DNA of 64,000 nucleotides. It comes from an uncultured Gemmatimonadales bacterium (lineage in GTDB: Bacteria; Gemmatimonadota; Gemmatimonadetes; Gemmatimonadales; Gemmatimonadaceae). Shown here in pieces: positions 60,344 through 64,000 of this stretch. A program made the translations under genes and the position numbers. Location of the stretch: contig CAWBZV010000005.1 of assembly GCA_963793305.1 (NCBI GenBank), positions 1,056,001 through 1,120,000 on the forward strand, written 5' to 3'. Position 1 is the first letter of the stretch. Each line of letters begins with the position of its first letter. The notes beneath the pieces are model-generated. The model saw only the letters and a program-made list of their open reading frames with translations, was not told where the DNA came from and searched no databases.

Positions 60344-61526
60344 CCAACACTACTACCCAGACGTTGCCTCGACCGGTCAGCACCTGACCGACCTCGCCGA
60401 GTATCTCGCGGCACGGGGCGCCGAGGTGCGGGTGCTGACGGGGCGCGCGCACTACGTCGACGGCCGCCTCGAAGCGCCGGCGCGCGAATCGCGCAACGGC
60501 GTCGTGATCCGCCGGTTTCGCACCACGACATTCGGACGCGCCTCACGTCTGGGCCGCATCGTGGATTACGCGACGTTCTATATACGCGCGCTGTTCGCCC
60601 TGCTTGCGGCGCCGGCCGATGATCTGACGGTGCTGTTCCTGACGACGCCGCCGATGCTCGCGGTGATGGGCTGGTTGGTTGCCGCGCTTCGCCTCCGGCG
60701 CTTCCGCTACGGCATCTGGTCGATGGACCTCCACCCCGACGCCGAGATCGCCGCGGGGATGGTGCGAGCGACGAGCCCGGTCGGGCGGCTCCTGGTCTGG
60801 CTCGACGAACGGGCGTTCCTGGGCGCGGCCTTTGTCGTGGACCTCGGTCCGTACATGAAGCGCCGGATCGTTGCCAAGGGCGTTCCGGAGTCCCGCACGC
60901 ATACGATCCCCGTGTGGGGCCACGCCGAGTCCACGAGCGGGCGGCCGCTCCGGACCGAGCTCGGGCTCGAGGGGCGCTTCGTGGTCATGTATTCGGGCAA
61001 CGCGGGCCTCGTGCACGAGTTCGGCGACATCCTGGCCGCCATGCGTCTCTTGCGCGATGAGCCCAGCATCTATTTTCTCTTTGCCGGCGGGGGCCCCCGC
61101 CGGGCTGAGATAGAGGCGTTCGCACAAGAGGCGCGACTGACGAATTTCAGCTATCGCCCGTACTTCGCGCGCGAGGAGCTCGGCGACGCACTGGCCGTCG
61201 GCAATGTGCATCTCATCGCGCTGGGCGCGCCGTTTGTCGGCGTGTCCGTTCCCGGGAAATTGTACGGCATCATGGCGGCCGGGCGTCCGGCGCTCTTCGT
61301 CGGCCCGTCGTCGTGCGAAACGGCCGACACGATCCGTGACGCTGGTTGCGGTCTCGTCGTAGACCCCACTTCCGGCGCCGCCCCACGGCAGATTGCCGAC
61401 GCGGTGCTCGCCTGGCGCGCCAACCCGGCCTCGGCCCGCGACGCGGGCGAGCGTGGCCGCGTCGCCTTCGAGCGCCAGTTCGGCGCCGAGACCAATTGTG
61501 CGGCCTTCGCGGAAGTCCTGCGATGA
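60327..61526 (+). CDS. GT4 glycosyltransferase (WcaI/WbuB-like)
   Basis: NQHYYPD..STG, MDLHPD, YSGNAG, VPGKLYG.MAAGRP. Confidence 0.88.
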   Translation: MLLLINQHYYPDVASTGQHLTDLAEYLAARGAEVRVLTGRAHYVDGRLEAPARESRNGVVIRRFRTTTFGRASRLGRIVDYATFYIRALFALLAAPADDLTVLFLTTPPMLAVMGWLVAALRLRRFRYGIWSMDLHPDAEIAAGMVRATSPVGRLLVWLDERAFLGAAFVVDLGPYMKRRIVAKGVPESRTHTIPVWGHAESTSGRPLRTELGLEGRFVVMYSGNAGLVHEFGDILAAMRLLRDEPSIYFLFAGGGPRRAEIEAFAQEARLTNFSYRPYFAREELGDALAVGNVHLIALGAPFVGVSVPGKLYGIMAAGRPALFVGPSSCETADTIRDAGCGLVVDPTSGAAPRQIADAVLAWRANPASARDAGERGRVAFERQFGAETNCAAFAEVLR

Positions 61527-62581
61527 AGCTGCTCCATGTGGTGGGCGCCCGCCCAAACTTCCCGAAACTGGCCCCGCTCTCGCGTCAGGCGCGGGCGGTC
61601 GGCATCGACCAAATAGTCGTGCACACGGGCCAGCACTACGATGACGCCATGTCCGCGTCGTTTTTTCGTGACCTCGGCCTGCGCCCGCCCGATATCAACC
61701 TCGATGTCGGATCGGCCACGCACGCGGTGCAGACCGCCCGCGTGATGGAACGCTTCGAGCCCGTCCTCCTCCAGCATCGCCCGGACTGGACGGTCGTCTA
61801 CGGCAATGTCAACTCGACGCTCGCGGCAACGCTCGTCGCCTCGAAGCTCGGATTCCGCGTTGCCCACGTCGAAGCCGGCGTGCGCAGCGGCGACCGGTCG
61901 ATGCCCGAGGAGATCAATCGCATCGTGACCGATCGCCTGGCGGATCTGTTGTTGACCCCATCCCGCACGGCCGATCGCACGCTGCGGGCCGAAGGGGAGC
62001 CGGACGACGAGATCATGTTCGTCGGCAACGTGATGGTGGATGCGCTGCTCTATGCGGTCCAGCGCGCCCGCACGATCGGTTTTCGTGCCCGCCTCGGTCT
62101 GTCGGCCGCTCCCATCACCGTCACCTTGCACCGGCCGGCGAACGTCGACAACCCCGCCCGTCTCACCGCGATCGTGTCGGCGCTGCGCGAAGTGGCGGCC
62201 ATGCGACCGGTCGTTTTTCCCGTGCATCCGCGCACGCGCGGGCAGCTCCAGATGGGGCGTTTCGATATGGGCGCCGTGCGGCTGATCGATCCCGTGGGCT
62301 ATCTGGAGATGGTGGATCTCGTCGAAGGGTCCCACGCGGTGATCACGGATTCCGGCGGGCTCCAGGTCGAAAGCACGGCGCTCGGGGTCCCGTGCCTCAC
62401 GGTGAGAGACACGACCGAGTGGCCCGAGACGATCGAGTGCGGAGCCAATCGCCTCGTTCCGGACCCTAAGGACCTCGTCGACGCGGTCGCATCGATCACC
62501 CGTCTGGATGACGCACCGCGTCCGGAAGGCTGGGATGGGATGGCTGCCGTGCGCGCGGTGGACTGCCTGCGCACACACTGA
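61523..62581 (+). CDS. wecB: UDP-GlcNAc 2-epimerase (non-hydrolysing), copy 1
   Basis: VGARPNF.K, HTGQHYD, HVEAG.RS, MPEEINR, GNVM.D, TDSGG.Q. Confidence 0.9.
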   Translation: MKLLHVVGARPNFPKLAPLSRQARAVGIDQIVVHTGQHYDDAMSASFFRDLGLRPPDINLDVGSATHAVQTARVMERFEPVLLQHRPDWTVVYGNVNSTLAATLVASKLGFRVAHVEAGVRSGDRSMPEEINRIVTDRLADLLLTPSRTADRTLRAEGEPDDEIMFVGNVMVDALLYAVQRARTIGFRARLGLSAAPITVTLHRPANVDNPARLTAIVSALREVAAMRPVVFPVHPRTRGQLQMGRFDMGAVRLIDPVGYLEMVDLVEGSHAVITDSGGLQVESTALGVPCLTVRDTTEWPETIECGANRLVPDPKDLVDAVASITRLDDAPRPEGWDGMAAVRAVDCLRTH

Positions 62582-62585
62582 CGCC

Positions 62586-63638
62586 GTGCATCTCCTGCAC
62601 GTCGTCGGCGCACGGCCCAACCTCCCCAAGCTCGCGCCCGTCTACCGGGCAGCGGCGCGCCGGGCCGGTGTCACGCAGACCGTCGTCCATACGGGCCAGC
62701 ACTACGACGACGCGCTGTTTGCGTCGCTGCTCGCGGATCTCGCCCTTCCAGAACCCGATATTAACCTCGGCGTCGGGTCGGCGTCTCACGCCGTGCAGAC
62801 AGCGCGAATACTCGAGCGACTGGAGCCGATTGTGACCAATGCCCGCCCCGACTGGGTCGTCATCTACGGCGATGTCAACTCGACGGCCGCGGCCGCGGTC
62901 GTCGCGGCCAAGCTCGGCATTCGGAGTGCACACGTCGAGGCTGGCCTCCGGAGCGGGGACCGGACAATGCCCGAGGAAATCAATCGGATCGTCGCCGACC
63001 GATTGGCCTCGTTGCTGCTCACACCATCGCGCGATGCCGATGAGACACTGCGTGCGGAAGGCGAGCCCGAGTGCGAGATCGCCTTTGTCGGAAATGTGAT
63101 GATCGACAGCCTCTTCGAAGCCCTACCGCGTGCCAGGACCCTCGCGCACGGGCGAGGCCACGTTCTTGTCACGCTGCATTGCCCGTCGAATGTCGATGAT
63201 CGATCGCGTCTCTCGGCGCTCATGGCCGCCTTGCGCGACGTGGCCGCGGAGCGGCCCGTCGTGTTTCCTGTCCACCCACGAACGCGCGATAGACTCACCC
63301 AATGGGGAATGGAGACGGGCGCAATACGAACCGTGGAGCCCGTCGGTTACTTGGAGATGGTCGCCCTCACGGACGCGGCACACGCCGTGATAACCGATTC
63401 GGGCGGAGTCCAGGAAGAAACGACGGCGCTCGGTGTTCCATGTTTCACCGTGCGCGAGACGACGGAACGACCCATTACTGTCACCTCTGGCACGAACCGC
63501 CTCGTGCAAGACCCAGCGACCTTGCCGGGCCTTGTTCGGGACGCCACTCGTCCACGAGCTTTGCCCGTGATCGAAGGATGGGACGGGTCGGCCGGCGAGC
63601 GGGTAGTAGATGCATTGATCGCCGGTGCCTTGCCATGA
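62586..63638 (+). CDS. wecB: UDP-GlcNAc 2-epimerase (non-hydrolysing), copy 2
   Basis: VGARPN..K, HTGQHYD, GDVNST, MPEEINR, TDSGGVQEET, TERP.T, WDG. Confidence 0.9.
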   Translation: MHLLHVVGARPNLPKLAPVYRAAARRAGVTQTVVHTGQHYDDALFASLLADLALPEPDINLGVGSASHAVQTARILERLEPIVTNARPDWVVIYGDVNSTAAAAVVAAKLGIRSAHVEAGLRSGDRTMPEEINRIVADRLASLLLTPSRDADETLRAEGEPECEIAFVGNVMIDSLFEALPRARTLAHGRGHVLVTLHCPSNVDDRSRLSALMAALRDVAAERPVVFPVHPRTRDRLTQWGMETGAIRTVEPVGYLEMVALTDAAHAVITDSGGVQEETTALGVPCFTVRETTERPITVTSGTNRLVQDPATLPGLVRDATRPRALPVIEGWDGSAGERVVDALIAGALP

Positions 63639-63708
63639 TCTGCCTGCTCGGTAACATTTTGTTTCTGTCAACATCGCCTGTGACGAACTATCAACAGGGG
63701 TCCGCATT

Positions 63709-64000
63709 GTGACGGCGCCCTCTCGGCGCCGCCCCCGGGTATCCGGTGGCACAGGCGAAGCGCAGGCCGCTCGGGTCTCGACAACCGTCGAGACGAGCCG
63801 GCCATTCCCGATCGTACTGCAAGAGCGCGCACGCATCGCGCGTCGCACGCACGTGGTTCGCGGGATGACGCGGTTCGCGGTCCTGCTCGTTGCCGATGCG
63901 TTCGTGGTCGTGCTGCTCCGCACCCTGTATGGGGAGGCGCGCCAGCTCATCGCGCCGCTCCCGCCGTTGGTCGGCAGCGCATACCCGATGATCGAGTTGA
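63709..64000 (+). CDS. N-terminus of a probable sugar transferase or other membrane protein (runs off window)
   Basis: Open frame from GTG 63709 to window end with hydrophobic RFAVLLVADAFVVVLL; position in polysaccharide cluster. Confidence 0.4.
   Translation, partial: MTAPSRRRPRVSGGTGEAQAARVSTTVETSRPFPIVLQERARIARRTHVVRGMTRFAVLLVADAFVVVLLRTLYGEARQLIAPLPPLVGSAYPMIEL

Noticed and set aside
767..63950. Numerous long antisense and alternate-frame ORFs in the track
   Set aside because: Expected shadows of high-GC codon usage; Arg/Ala/Pro-rich with no family motifs, and overlapping confidently identified genes.

Overview
High-GC bacterial chromosome segment. Gene content and order point to Gemmatimonadota, which is an inference and not a database result. 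Positions 1-39.6 kb are mostly housekeeping: TPR proteins, polyprenyl synthase, YciI-YciI-ECF sigma, SurA/PpiD, aroQ, M24 peptidase, accB-pilT-accC, comB, ftsK, yraN, recA, recX, alaS, GGGP synthase, PHP phosphatase, asparaginase, CCA enzyme, rarA, hflX. Two accessory islands interrupt this backbone. (i) At about 16.86-23.27 kb there is a signal-peptide-bearing Rhs toxin with a hydrophobic C-terminal domain and a TonB-box-like motif, followed by a 4-TM candidate immunity gene and two orphan membrane proteins. Its upstream region carries an array of TGCGA/TCGCA repeats and shares an exact 12-mer with a GTTC-N7-GTTC SOS-box-like site in the recA promoter. (ii) At about 31.4-34.7 kb there is a ribbon-helix-helix + AAA ATPase + S8 protease (IetAS-like) module with a palindromic operator. 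A GC-rich, apparently bistable RNA-like structure lies between recA and recX. Positions 39.7-64 kb are a large surface-polysaccharide cluster. The sequence has many single-base frameshifts and recurrent substitutions at (C)GAYG/CRTC(G), most likely long-read consensus errors at a methylated motif, so split genes are treated as probably intact. No rRNA, tRNA, CRISPR array, integrase or transposase was found.
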